64,000 nt of DNA. It comes from Nemertoderma westbladi (taxonomy: Eukaryota > Animalia > Xenacoelomorpha). Each line of letters opens with the position of its first letter. Positions within the stretch are counted from its first letter, which is position 1. The stretch is taken from contig JAUCBJ010008361.1 in NCBI GenBank assembly GCA_032718475.1, positions 1-64,000 of the forward strand. Reading direction: 5' to 3'. Made by a program: the position numbers and the translations under genes. Shown here one piece after another: positions 1-11,700 of this stretch. The notes beneath the pieces are model-generated. The model was not told the origin of the DNA. It saw only the letters and a program-made list of their open reading frames with translations, and did no database searches.

Positions 1-423
1 TTGACTTCTCGCCCAATCGATCTGGTGTTCTTCCACCGCGATCAATAACCTAGTGAGTACGGCTGCAGGAAGGATGAGAAGGGGATCCGTATAAACCGCA
101 TCCGTCATCTCTGCTCCGCGCTCGGGTGTCAGCTCTACAGTATCCTCACTACTGGAGCTGCTGGGCCGCTGAGGAATAAGTTCTTGACTAGCGGGTTGTT
201 GCTGTTCCGCTGCTTCTTGGTCCCGTTTGACCTGAGCTCGAGTGCCTATGATAGACCTACGATGTTGGACCAGCCTAGGTTCTTTTATTACTACTGGAGG
301 GATGACTTTCCTCACAGTGGGAGGTGAACTGAACTTACGACCAGACGGTTGTACGTCTCTATCTGAGTCGCAGATAGTTACATCTAATAAACTGTCTGAC
401 AGGTTCTGCTTAGTATCAGACAT
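1..423 (-). CDS. N-terminal part of Gag, copy A (partial)
   Basis: ATG at 423; nearly identical to the start of ORF 8739-13760 (MSDTKQNLSDSLLDVTICDSDR...); continues beyond position 1. Confidence 0.85.
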   Translation of the reverse strand, partial: MSDTKQNLSDSLLDVTICDSDRDVQPSGRKFSSPPTVRKVIPPVVIKEPRLVQHRRSIIGTRAQVKRDQEAAEQQQPASQELIPQRPSSSSSEDTVELTPERGAEMTDAVYTDPLLILPAAVLTRLLIAVEEHQIDWARSQ

Positions 424-2670
424 GACTATGTATACCGTTGAATGTCTACTGCTGTATTACAGTCTGAGCAAGTCTAGTAACTCAGTATTAACTGCTAGCC
501 TAGTAATTAATTACCGGTACTGCTACTCAGTGTAGCGTGATATATAATATATTAGAACACCGGTATGCTTATGGTATATATAACTATATAAGTATTATTA
601 CAGACTAGGTTTATCACAGAATACCGGTATAATTTTAGCACAAATATATATAAATATATAATAGGCCTATCGGGAATACCGGTATACAGCTTACAGTTTG
701 TAGTATATATAATTCTAGACTAGAATTAATTACAAGTACCGGTATAATTTCAGCCTAAATTTATAGAAATAAAGATAATAGGCCTATCGTAAATACCGGT
801 ATATCAATTATTTTAAATAATTGAATTTCTGAATTTTAGGGTTACTTTGTTACTTTACTTACTTTATTACCGTTATTTGAGCAGTAGTCCAACTGATATT
901 GAGACCTAATGGTTGTATGGTAGGCCTACTATTTATAAATCGTTAGATTTGATTTATAATATATATATACCCGTTTTAATGGGTTTTGTCAATGTTTGAA
1001 ATAAATGTTATTATTTCTGGGGTAATCACTACACAAAGCGGTACGCTTTCAGTGAAGTGTTACGTACAGGACACTAAAACAAATGATTCTAATTTACCTA
1101 AGTTACTTAATACTACAAATTACGTACGATTCGGGTTGAGATTACAATCTCTAAATAAACACAAAAATTTACAAAAACACAAAATACGAATTTTTAGGGT
1201 AATTTTACAAGAAGTCTACAAACCAGCCTAACAAAGGGTTAGAAAACTGGTTATTACAACGGACAGGGTACTGCGGTTATTTGAAAATAATACGTAGTAG
1301 TAAATACACTGCGTTGTCCAGATAGGAAAATACCACCGCCTGACGACCTATAGCCGTATCGCTATAGGTTCTACGTTATGTATCACGGAGTGTTCCTACC
1401 TAGAAGTTAATAGAGCTAATCGAACGTGCCTATTAACCACTTTACAACACAAATATAATGCCTACACTAATTACTTTCGGAAAGCACTGTACACTAAACC
1501 CTAAATTAGGTACGAGTACTTGTACAACAGATAATCAGTAGTTAAATATACTTGAACAGCTAAAAGAACCACGGCATCTGCTGGAGTGACCGATGCACAA
1601 AATCACCAGTCTTTACCTACGCCAAGCAGCCCGTGTAGTACCGGGGTTAATTTAACTATAGCGGTATGTATAACAAACACAATTATTGTAGGAACAAACT
1701 TGGGGAATGAATGTTGCGGATAATCGCATAAACTCTGAATAATAAATATTACGCTACGCGTACAAACCACTCAAACAAAATGCAGACCGAACACTGACAG
1801 ACTACTATCAAGCCTAAACAAACTACGGTATATGCAGACTCCGAAATAATTAGGTAGTATGCGTTCTAACCCAGTAGTACGACTTATTCTTTAATTGGGG
1901 GTTTACCTTACAGCATTCGCTGCCCCTACTTCCTAACCGTTCTTTATCGGACAAGTGATCTACACACGCTGCAATCCGCTCAGGCCTAATAACAGCCAGA
2001 CAACTATCCAGCCTACAAATTATCTAAATAAAATTATACGCTACCCGTACAGACTTACACAAACAAAGTACAGACTAAACGATGGCAGACTACTCTCAAG
2101 CCTAAATAAACTACAGGACATGCAGACTCCGAAATGATTAGGGAGTATGCGTTCTAACCCAGTAGTACGACTTATTCTTTAGTTGGGGGTTTACCTTACA
2201 GCATTCGCTGCCCCTACTTCCTAACCGTACTTAATCGGACAGGTGATCTACACACACTGCAATCCGTTCAGACTTAACAGCAATCAGACAACAGCTCAGC
2301 CTACAAATTGTCTGTACAATCTGATCAGGCTTACACGTCTTCTGTTCAATACTGGCCTACAAACAAATAAAACTTGACAGAAATAAGTAAAATCTCAATA
2401 AAAAACCAGGGCGGCCGTTCCCTGATTAAGTATTAAGACCTACCGGTATACAACAATCAAATCGAATAATACTAATGTACTTATACGGGAAGTACCGGTT
2501 AGGACAGTTAGGCCTACGGACCTACAGAAGTACCGGTTCTGGCAGTTGGACCTACGGACCTACGGCAGTACCGGTTCTGGCAGTTGGGCCTACTGACCTA
2601 CAGATGTACCGGTTCAGGTTTACCGGTTGACCGGTACTTTCAACTTTATTGCTTACTGCAATAAAGAAGC

Positions 2671-2682
2671 TATATCCTTTAA
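2671..2682 (-). promoter_or_regulatory. PBS-position sequence of A, complementary to its own LTR
   Basis: Plus-strand TATATCCTTTAA abuts the LTR end and is the exact reverse complement of TTAAAGGATATA at 3477-3488; no TGG. Confidence 0.75.
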
Positions 2683-3989
2683 TGTTCGCGCTTTCAGACC
2701 TTTGGCAGTTTAATCCGCCAAATTAAGATGTCTTCTAGATATTAAATCGCTTTTTAGCCTATGACAAGTATTTGATTCACTACACTAGTCGAAACCAATC
2801 TGTGCGCGATCATTCACCCGCTGGATATTCCCGGGAGATTGGGTTCGACGGTTTAATTTTATTGCTATGTAAGCCTAATGTATTATTCGACTGACAGTAT
2901 TATATAATCTCTGACAATATTATTCACCTTCGGGAATATTAACAGTTCCTTTAGGACGTGGCGCTTTATCTATATAAACAGAGTTATGACTTAAACTACT
3001 CACAACGATATGGCTTAATTATAATTCACATATATGGCGCATTCTTTAGGAATTGCTTCTTTAACAGACTCACTCATACACAATGCTGCACAATACTGCA
3101 CACTAATCTGCCAATCTTCACTGATTTTAGTCACATATAAAAGGAACACAGACTGACTCATGTAGGGTCTATCAAATAACATTAGATTCACTTCAAACCA
3201 CTTTAACATAAGTCACAATCGTTATTGGTAACCTTTCTCTCTTACCTTCGGTATATCAAGAATATTGGGTTTTCGGGGTTATTTCTCGTTATTCCAATAT
3301 AATAATTCATCAACAAATATAATGAATAACCGACAACAAATAGCAGTATACAGTATTGATTGAGCAGGTAAATTTTAGCAGTTTCAGCAGTTATTAAAAG
3401 CCGTGTGTTCAGCAGTATTACGAAATTGCAGTGATTCCATGAGAGATATTTAGCGAGCAGTGAGATATTCAAGGAGTTAAAGGATATATGTCCTTATAAT
3501 TAAACCTACTAGTGTTGAGCTAAAAAGCAGAAAGCACAAAACACTACAAAGCCGTTCTTTCGTGGCTTTGAAAAACTCGTGACTACTGCTCTATACGAGG
3601 ATACCAACTACCCTTATTCCACGAAGCTCCCGTTCAACACAGAGAAAGAGCAGTGAGATAGGAAAATTTCAGTTCAGTAGCTCTGTGATAGGTCAAAATC
3701 AAAGCTAACTCAAATTCTATTGGCAGATACAGAAAGCTGCAACGTGGCAATATCAGCCGTTAGCCGTCGTCATGGTAGCGACACTGTTTTCAAGAGTATC
3801 GAGCTTTTTACGTCATGAAATTGCAGATTATGTCCTCTAAAGTACAAATACAGTTCAAATACAGAAGAAATGACTTTTATGTCCTCTAAAACACCAGTAC
3901 AGCAAGGACACGGCCTTTATATGCCTGGCAAACCAACTACAGAGTACTTTAAGGGAAAATAACCGGTTAATGACGCAAAAGCTTTTACA
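2683..3989 (-). repeat. 5' LTR of copy A (1307 bp)
   Basis: Homologous to LTRs 5255-6481 and 16821-18047; TG...CA ends. Confidence 0.92.
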
Positions 3990-5254
3990 GGCTGTTGGGT
4001 TTGTGGGACAATAACCCTATTCCAGTAAAGGATTAGACCATCGGTTAATGAAAGTTCACCTCGAATCAATTTGAACTTTTTCTAAAACGGAGGATATACT
4101 GAAAATAATTTTGGATTAATTCGATAAGTTTCTTGTAGTTTGAAGCATCCTGTGCTGCTTGCTACACCCAGTTCCTCGAGTATGTAATCGTTAATTCGAG
4201 GTGTTATGTCATCGAATTTAACACACATAGCAGCGATATTAAAGTTACAGCCAATGATGGATTTCCCTTTTTGCCATTTGACTTTGAATTGGTAACAGGG
4301 TTGCATATCACGTTTGATCCGCTGTTTTCATTCTGATCGACTGAGTAGTTATTAAATAGTGTGACTAAAGGTCTGTGAACTGTCACAACTGTAAATAAAG
4401 GAAGGCCCAATAAGTATATGCGATATTTCTGGATTGCATATCGGATCGCGCAGCATTCCAGTTCTATTGTTGTGGTTGCACCAATGCATTTTTCACCTTC
4501 ACGGAATGTGGTTGGGGGTCCACATGAAAGTATTACAGGTACACAATAAATCCCGGAGGGGTGCTGCAGATGTGCTCATTTTAATGGAAAAATTACTAAA
4601 GATTTCATGGATTTATTATATTTTAAGTCAAACTGTATTTTTCTGTTGATTGTAACCGAGTTCGAGGGAGAAAGAAATTTAAGGACGCTACTGATCTAGT
4701 ATTATATTTATGTATTTTTATTTTTTCTTGAAATAAAGATGTGATTAAAAGGTTGTTATTTATTGTTATTTATGTCCCACATTAATTTTGCTACTTCAAG
4801 TTTGTAAATATTTTTAACGGTAGTATGTTTATTTGTTTATATATTGGATTTGAATGTGACTGATAATGGCTAAAAGTGATGGCTCTTACAATTTTGTTTG
4901 TTTTGACTCGAATTGGTTGTATATATTAGTTGTGAGTATTGCCCCATGATATACCGTATTGTATGTATGAATGAATAAGTGAAAAATAAAGTAATTTTAG
5001 TAATTCTGTGCGTGGAATCTGTCTGTCAATCTGTCTGTCAGAATGTAAGACAGACAGACAGACAACCAACCGACCGACGGACAGACTAGATTCCACCACA
5101 TATTAAAACTGACATCAGAAATGCAATCAGCAACCCCGAAAACCCCTGTAAATATAATTTTAGCTCGGTATTGTGCTTCCTTCATGTCAGTCACTATTAA
5201 CCAACCAGACACCATACAGGTACGGTAGTTTTGCGCGGAATGGTTTTAACATTA
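3990..5254. repeat. Part of an inverted segmental duplication (paralog of 27114-28423)
   Basis: Near-identical reverse complement of 27114-28423; the ORF track shows matching spurious ORF pairs (4204/27994, 4434/27728, 4997/27153). Confidence 0.9.
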
Positions 5255-6481
5255 TGTAAAAGCTTTTGCGTAATTAGCCGGTTATTATCCCCGTAAAGTA
5301 CTCTGTGGTTGGTTTACCAGGCATAAAAAGGCCGTGTCCTTGCTGTACTGGTGTTTTGGAGGACATAAAAGCCATTTCTTCTGTATTTGTACTTTAGAGG
5401 ACATAATCTGCAATTTCGTGACGTAAAAAGCTCGATACTCTTGAAAACAGTGTCGCTACCATGACGACGGCTAACGGCTGATATTGCCACGTTGCCCCAT
5501 AGCCCTGCTTTCTGTATCTGCCAATAGGATTTGAGTTGGTTTTGATTTTGACCTATCACAGATCTACTGAACTGAATTTCCTATCTGTATGCTCATTCTC
5601 TGTGGTGGGTGAGATCTTTGTAGAATAAGGGTAGCTGGTATTCTTATAGTTATTCTTATCAGTTTTTAGTGTTGTTGGTGATTCTAAGCCAGGAAGAACG
5701 GCTTTAGCCTTACACTAGTTGGCTTAATTATAAGGACATATATCCGTTATCTGCATTTATCATAACATAACACACCATACCTAATCAAACAACCTGTGCA
5801 TACTTTTATATTGTTATACTGCTATTTACTGTCGGTTCTTCATAATATGGTTGATGAATTATTATATTTGGAATAATGAGAAATAACCCCGAAACCCAAT
5901 ATTCTTGATATACCGAAGGTAAGAGAGAAGGGTTACATATAACAATTGTGACATATGTTAAAGTGGTTTGAAGTGAATCTAATGTTATTTGATAGACCCT
6001 ACATGATTCGGTCCGTGTTCCTTTTATATGTGACTAAAATCAGTGAAGATCGGCAGATCAGTGTGCAGTATTGTGCAGCATTGTGTATGAGTGAGACTGA
6101 TAACGAAGCATTTCCTAAAGAATGCGCCATATATGTGAATTATAACTAAGCCATATCGTTGTGAGTAGTTTAAGTCATAACTCTGTTTGTATAGATAGAG
6201 CGCCACGTCCTAAAGAAACTGTTAATATTTCCCGAAGGTGAATAATATTGTCAGAGATTATATAATACCATCAGTCGAATAATACATTAGGCTTACATAG
6301 CAATAAAATTAAGCCGTCGAACCCAATCTCCCGGGTATATCCAGCGGGTGAATGATCGCGCACAGATTGGTTTCGACTAGTGTAGTGAATTAAATACTTG
6401 TCATAGGCTAAAGGTGATTTATTATCTAGAAGACATCATAATTTAGCGGGTTAAACTGCCAAAGGTCTGAAAGCGCGAACA
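5255..6481 (+). repeat. 5' LTR of copy B
   Basis: TGTAAAAGC...GCGAACA; direct repeat of 16821-18047; CCAAT at 5521 and AATAAA at 6302, both conserved in A and C. Confidence 0.96.
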
Positions 6482-6492
6482 ATAACGGATAT
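6482..6492 (+). promoter_or_regulatory. PBS-position sequence of B, complementary to its own LTR
   Basis: ATAACGGATAT is the reverse complement of ATATCCGTTAT at 5740-5750. Confidence 0.75.
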
Positions 6493-6549
6493 CGCTTCTT
6501 TATTGCAGTAAGCAATAAAGTTGAAAGTACCGGTCAACCGGTAAACCTG

Positions 6550-6675
6550 AACGGTACATCTGTAGGTCAGTAGGCCCAACTGCCAGAACCGGTACTGCTG
6601 TAGGCCCGTAGGTCCAACTGCCAGAACCGGTACTTCTGTAGGTCCGTAGGCCCAACTGTCCTAACCGGTACTTCC
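6550..6675 (+). repeat. About 37-bp tandem repeat in the leader (ACCGGTAC...TAGGYCC), about 3.5 copies
   Basis: Visible in A and B, reduced in C. Confidence 0.7.
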
Positions 6676-6850
6676 AGTATAAGTACATTAGTATTATTCG
6701 ATTTGATTATTGTATACTGTAGGCTGCCAGGGGAATAGGGATTGATCACCCCTCATTCTTTTGTATAGTTTACTTGTTTCTGTCAAGTTTTATTTATTTG
6801 TAGGCCAGTATTGAGCAGAAGGCGTGTAAGCCTGCTCAGATTGTACAGAC

Positions 6851-7425
6851 AATTTGTAGGCTGAGCTGTTGTCTGATTGCTGTTAAGTCCGAACGGATTG
6901 CAGTGTGTGTAGATCACCTGTCCGATAAAGAACGGTTAGGAAGTAGGGGCAGCGAATGCTGTAAGGTAAACCCCCAACTAAAGAATAAGTCGTACTACTG
7001 GGTTAGAACGCATACTACCTAATCATTTCGGAGTCTGCATGTCCTGTAGTTTATTTAGGCTTGAGAGTAGTCTGCCATCGTTTAGTCTGTACTTTGTTTG
7101 TGTAAGTCTGTACGGGTAGCGTACAATATTTATTTAGATAATTTGTAGGCTGGACAGTTGTCTGGCTGTTATTAGGTCTGAACGGATTGCAGCATGTGTA
7201 GATCACTTGTCCGATAAAGAATGGTTAGGAAGTAGGGGCAGCGAATGCTGTAAGGTAAACCCCCAACTAAAGAATAAGTCGTACTACTGGGTTAGAACGC
7301 ATACTACCTAATCATTTCGGAGTCTGCATGTCCTGTAATTTATTTAGGCTTGATAGTAGTCTGTCAGTGTTTGGTCTGCATTTTGTTTGAGTAGTTTGTA
7401 CGCGTAGCGTAATATTTATTATTCA
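6851..7425 (+). repeat. Two about 289-bp tandem leader modules with a structured core
   Basis: Units start at 6851 and 7140; homologous pairs in A (about 1740-2310) and C (about 45760-46330). Confidence 0.85.
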
Positions 7426-8738
7426 GAGTTTATGCGATTATCCGCAACATTCATTCCCCAAGTTTGTTCCTACAGTAATTGTGTTTGTTATACATACCGC
7501 TATAGTTAAATTAACCCCGGTACTACACGGGCTGCTTGGCGTAGGTAAAGACTGGTGATTTTGTGCACCGGTCACTCCAGCAGATGCCGTGGTTCTTTTA
7601 GCTGTTCAAGTATATTTAACTACTGATTATATGTTGTACAAGTACTCGTACCTAATTTAGGGTTTAGTGTACAGTGCTTTCCGAAAGTAATTAGTGTAGG
7701 CATTATATTTGTGTTGTAAAGTGGTTGATAGGCACGTTCGATTAGCTCTATTAACTTCTAGGTAGGAACACTCCGTGATACATAACGTAGTACCTATAGC
7801 GATACGGCTATAGGTCGTCAGAAGGTGGTATTTTCCTATCTGGACAACGCAGTGTATTTACTACTACTTATTATTTTCAAATACCGTAGTACCCTGTCCG
7901 TTGTAATAACCAGATTTCTAACCCTTTGTTAGGCTGGTTTGTAGACTTCTTGTAAAATTACCCTGAAAATTCGTATTTTATGTTTTTGTAAATTTTTGTG
8001 TTTATTTAGAGATTGTAATCTCACCCGAATTGTACGTAATTTGTAGTATTAAGTAACTTAGGTAAATTAGTATTATTTGTTTTAGTGTCCTATAAGTAAC
8101 ACTTCACTGAAAGCGTACCGCTTTGTGTAGTGATTACCCCCAGAAATAATAACATTTATTTCAAACATTGACAAAACCCATTAAAACGGGTATATATATA
8201 TTATAAATCAAATCTAACGATTTATAAATAGTAGGCCTACCATACAACCATTAGGTCTCAATATCAGTTGGATTACTGCTCAAATAACGGTAATAAAGTA
8301 AGTAAAGTAACAAAGTAACCCTAAAATTCAGAAATTCAATTATTTAAAATAATTGATATACCGGTATTTACGATAGGCCTATTATCTTTATTTCTATAAA
8401 TCTAGGCTGAAATTATACCGGTACTTGTAATTAATTCTATTCCAGAATTATATATACTACAGACTGTAAGCTGTATACCGGTATTCCCGATAGGCCTATT
8501 ATATATTTATATATATTTGTGCTAAAATTATACCGGTATTCTGTGATAAACCTAGTCTGTAATAATACTTATATAGTTATATATACTATAAGCATACCGG
8601 TATTCTAATATATTATATATATCACGCTACACTGAGTAGCAGTACCGGTAATTAATTACTAGGCTAGCAGTTAATACTGAGTTATGGGACTTGCTCAGAC
8701 TGTAATACAGCAGTAGACATTCAACTGTACACATAAGC

Positions 8739-11700
8739 ATGTCTGATACTAAGCAGAACCTGTCAGACAGTTTATTAGATGTAACTATCTGCGACTCAGA
8801 TAGAGGCGTAGAACCGTCTAGTCGTAAGTTCAGTTCACCTCCCACTGTGAGGAAGGTCATCCCTCCAGTAGTAATAAAAGAACCTAGGCTGGTCCAACAT
8901 CGTAGGTCTATCATAGGCACTCGAGCTCAGGTCAAGCGGGACCAAGAAGCAGCGGAACAGCAACAACCCGCGAGCCAAGAACTTACTTCTCAACGGCCCA
9001 ACAGCTCCAGTAGTGAGGATACTGTAGAACTGACACCAGAACGCGGAGCAAAGATGATGGATGCGGTTTATTCGGATCCCCTTCTCATCCTTCCTGCAGC
9101 CGTACTCACTAGGTTATTGATCGCTGTGGAAGAACACCAGATCGATTGGGCGAGAAGCCAGCGTTCAACTAGAGATAGTTATGCTGGATACACAAGGGAA
9201 GAACTGAAGTCCATGGTCGAGTCGCAATGGAACTTCCCCGGACCCGGACTCCCGTTTGATTTATCAGAAGCTGCCTGGGAAGACATACACCGGATGGGAG
9301 TAGCCAAGGAAACCATCGATCCCGCTGTGTGGAAGAGGTCCGCAGCCGGATACGCACAGGGATTCTTCAGCTCTATGGAGCGAGTAAAAGGACAACTGTT
9401 TCAACAACCACAAGGACCTCAAGAGCAGGGACAACTGCTTTATCAAGTGAGAGAAAGAATTCTACGAATCAGGCTAATATTATCGGCCTTTGAAGAGGCT
9501 TCTAAACGAAGGCAAGACACGTCGTTGCAAGTTGCCGTAAAGACTTGGTTTCAAAGGGTAAGTCTCCAGGTTCAAGGAACAGCTCAGTGGAAAGCTCAGC
9601 TGGAGGAGCGCTCAACCCATGGAGAATCAACAGACGCTACTTTTTCCCAAGTGGAAAGTGAAGCGACGGCAGAGAAACCGCATAAGAGGGATGCCATTGA
9701 CATCTATCTGTCAGACTATCAACGTTTTTTAGGTGATGACGAGTTGAGGAGAAGGTTAGAGGGACTTAGCCCTAATAGTGAAGGAACCAAGCTTGTGTTG
9801 GATGCCATCGATGTGGAAATGAGGGCTGCGAATCAGGCTAAATTTGATGAACAACTCCGCATCACACGAGTCCAAGAAGAACAAGTAAAGAAAAAACGTA
9901 TAGAAGACAGAAAGAAAGCAGCAGTGGTAGCTGCAGAAGCAGAAAGAAAGGCGGCAGCGGCCAAGGCAAAAGCGGCAGAGGCAGCGGCCAAGGCAAAAGC
10001 GGCAGAGGCAGCGGCCAAGGCAAAAGCGGCAGAGGCAGCGGCCAAGGCAAAAGCGGCAGAGGCAGCGGCAGAGGCAAAAGCGGCAGAGGCAGCGGCAGAG
10101 GCAAAAGCGGCAGAGGCAGCGGCAGAGGCAGCGGCAGAGGCAAAAGTGGCAGAAGCAGAAAGGAAAGCGGCTGACGAAACCACCCAATTAGAATTGGAAA
10201 ACATTCAGGAGAATCAAGACTGCATAAATAAACAGTTAGCAGCTAGTAATATGCAGATGATGAATCGATCTACTCCCAAAAGACAGGGATATACATCATC
10301 TGAGGAAGGCGATACCACCGATACTGAAGGCAAGGGAAATAGATCTCGTCTAAGTAGACGTAAAAGAACATTCCACCGTCAGAAATTGCCTGATTTGCCT
10401 CCAGCTGTTAGAAGGCAACTAAATAACACCAACTTAGGTAGTACAGAGCCCACAGACCAAATAATTAAAATAGAAAGACTCCCTACTATAGTAGATGAGC
10501 CTGAAATAATTAGGCCTGTTCTTGAAATCACCCCTTCGGTGATAGACACACCTGTGCTCCCTGAAACTACCTCTAAATTCCCTCTGCATAGCACTAAGCT
10601 ACCTGTGCCCCGTAGAACTGCCCAGGAGACAGTTCAGGTCCTGGACCCCGAGCAAAATATTCCTGATTTGTCGCCCGTTGTCCCTCGTCCGCTCGCTACA
10701 ACGTTGGCGACTCCCGCTTCTGCGGTCGAATGGGTGGACGAGAGACGGCGGGGGATGGATCTCCTGCTCGGGCAGATGCAGGAGACTGTTCAGCAATTCA
10801 AGGGCACAGTAAGGGAAAGTAGACTAGAGTTGCAAGAAGTGCAGCAAAATATCGCGCTAGAACGTGATAAATTAGTAAATTTACAAAAGGGTATACCACC
10901 ACCCCTTGTAACAATGTGTCAACCTGTTAGGTCTGAAGTATCTCATGCGCAAGGTGTGGAGCCTACACGCATCTATACTGCTAGCGAAGTAGAAACTCCT
11001 ATAGTGAACCCTATTAAGGGTAATTATAAACCTGTTGATAATGATATTCCCTATAGACCGGATCATAATCCGAGAAATTTATATACCGATAACTCGATAT
11101 TAAATAACACGATGGCCCAAGAAAGTTTTACGCGTCAAATGGCTAGAACCGAAGCCCGGCAAGCGGTAAAGGTGGGAGAGATCGTCAAGTTCAATGGAGA
11201 TGAGATGAAATGGTTACCTTTTAATGAATATTACAAAGATAACATACAGAACTCTGTGCTATCTAATGGAGAGAAACTTAGATTCCTCATCGAGTGCTTG
11301 GAAGGATCTCCCAAGTCAATGGCGTTAAAATTTATTGGACATCCAGATGGATTAAGACAAGTTTGGGATACACTAAACATCAGGTATGGTAATAGGACTA
11401 ACATAGCTAGGTATTTATATGTGAAATTAATGGCGCCCCGAAAGTTTCTTAGCAGCGGGATTATAGAGTTTTCCGATGAGATTCAGGAGATCTGTAGACA
11501 ACTAGATTGGTTAGGTAAGTCTCATGAATACCAGAATTCTATGGTTGTAGGAGCCTTAGCATCTACTTTGCCCAAGGGTGGAGTAGGTACACGCTGGGAC
11601 AAGAAGGTGTTATATATGATGGAACAACAACAACGAGACCCTACCATGGCTGATCTCATGTCATTCTTGGATAGCGAGGTGAAATTACAGCTCATAAAGC

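Larger units (their letters stand above)
1..3989 (-). mobile_element. BEL/Pao-family LTR element copy A (5' LTR, leader and start of gag; runs off the left edge of the window)
   Basis: Reverse complement is colinear with copy B 5255-9160; LTR termini TGTAAAAGC...GCGAACA. Inserted after CAGCC in a Gypsy integrase relic whose uninterrupted paralog is at 28419-28423. Confidence 0.93.

Noticed and set aside
5255-6481. Short ORFs in LTRs (5314-5559, 5955-6149, 6024-6206 and their copies)
   Set aside because: They recur only because the LTR is repeated; no motifs, and not retained in the C LTR.
6482-6500. Canonical tRNA primer-binding site
   Set aside because: No TGG within the first bases after any of the four 5' LTRs; priming by an internal tRNA fragment cannot be fully excluded without a search.
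6905-7045. Known small ribozyme (hammerhead, HDV-like, twister) in the leader or LTR
   Set aside because: No conserved catalytic core recognised by eye; the GCGAATG resemblance to HDV is not kept in C. A covariance-model scan is still worth running.
1-9160. Assembly artefact creating the A/B inverted repeat
   Set aside because: A and B differ by many substitutions and indels, have different PBS and loop sequences, and have separate empty sites in the paralog.
9756-10204. Cys-rich and Leu/Pro-rich antisense ORFs (also 22507-23114)
   Set aside because: Shadow frames of coding tandem repeats in gag.
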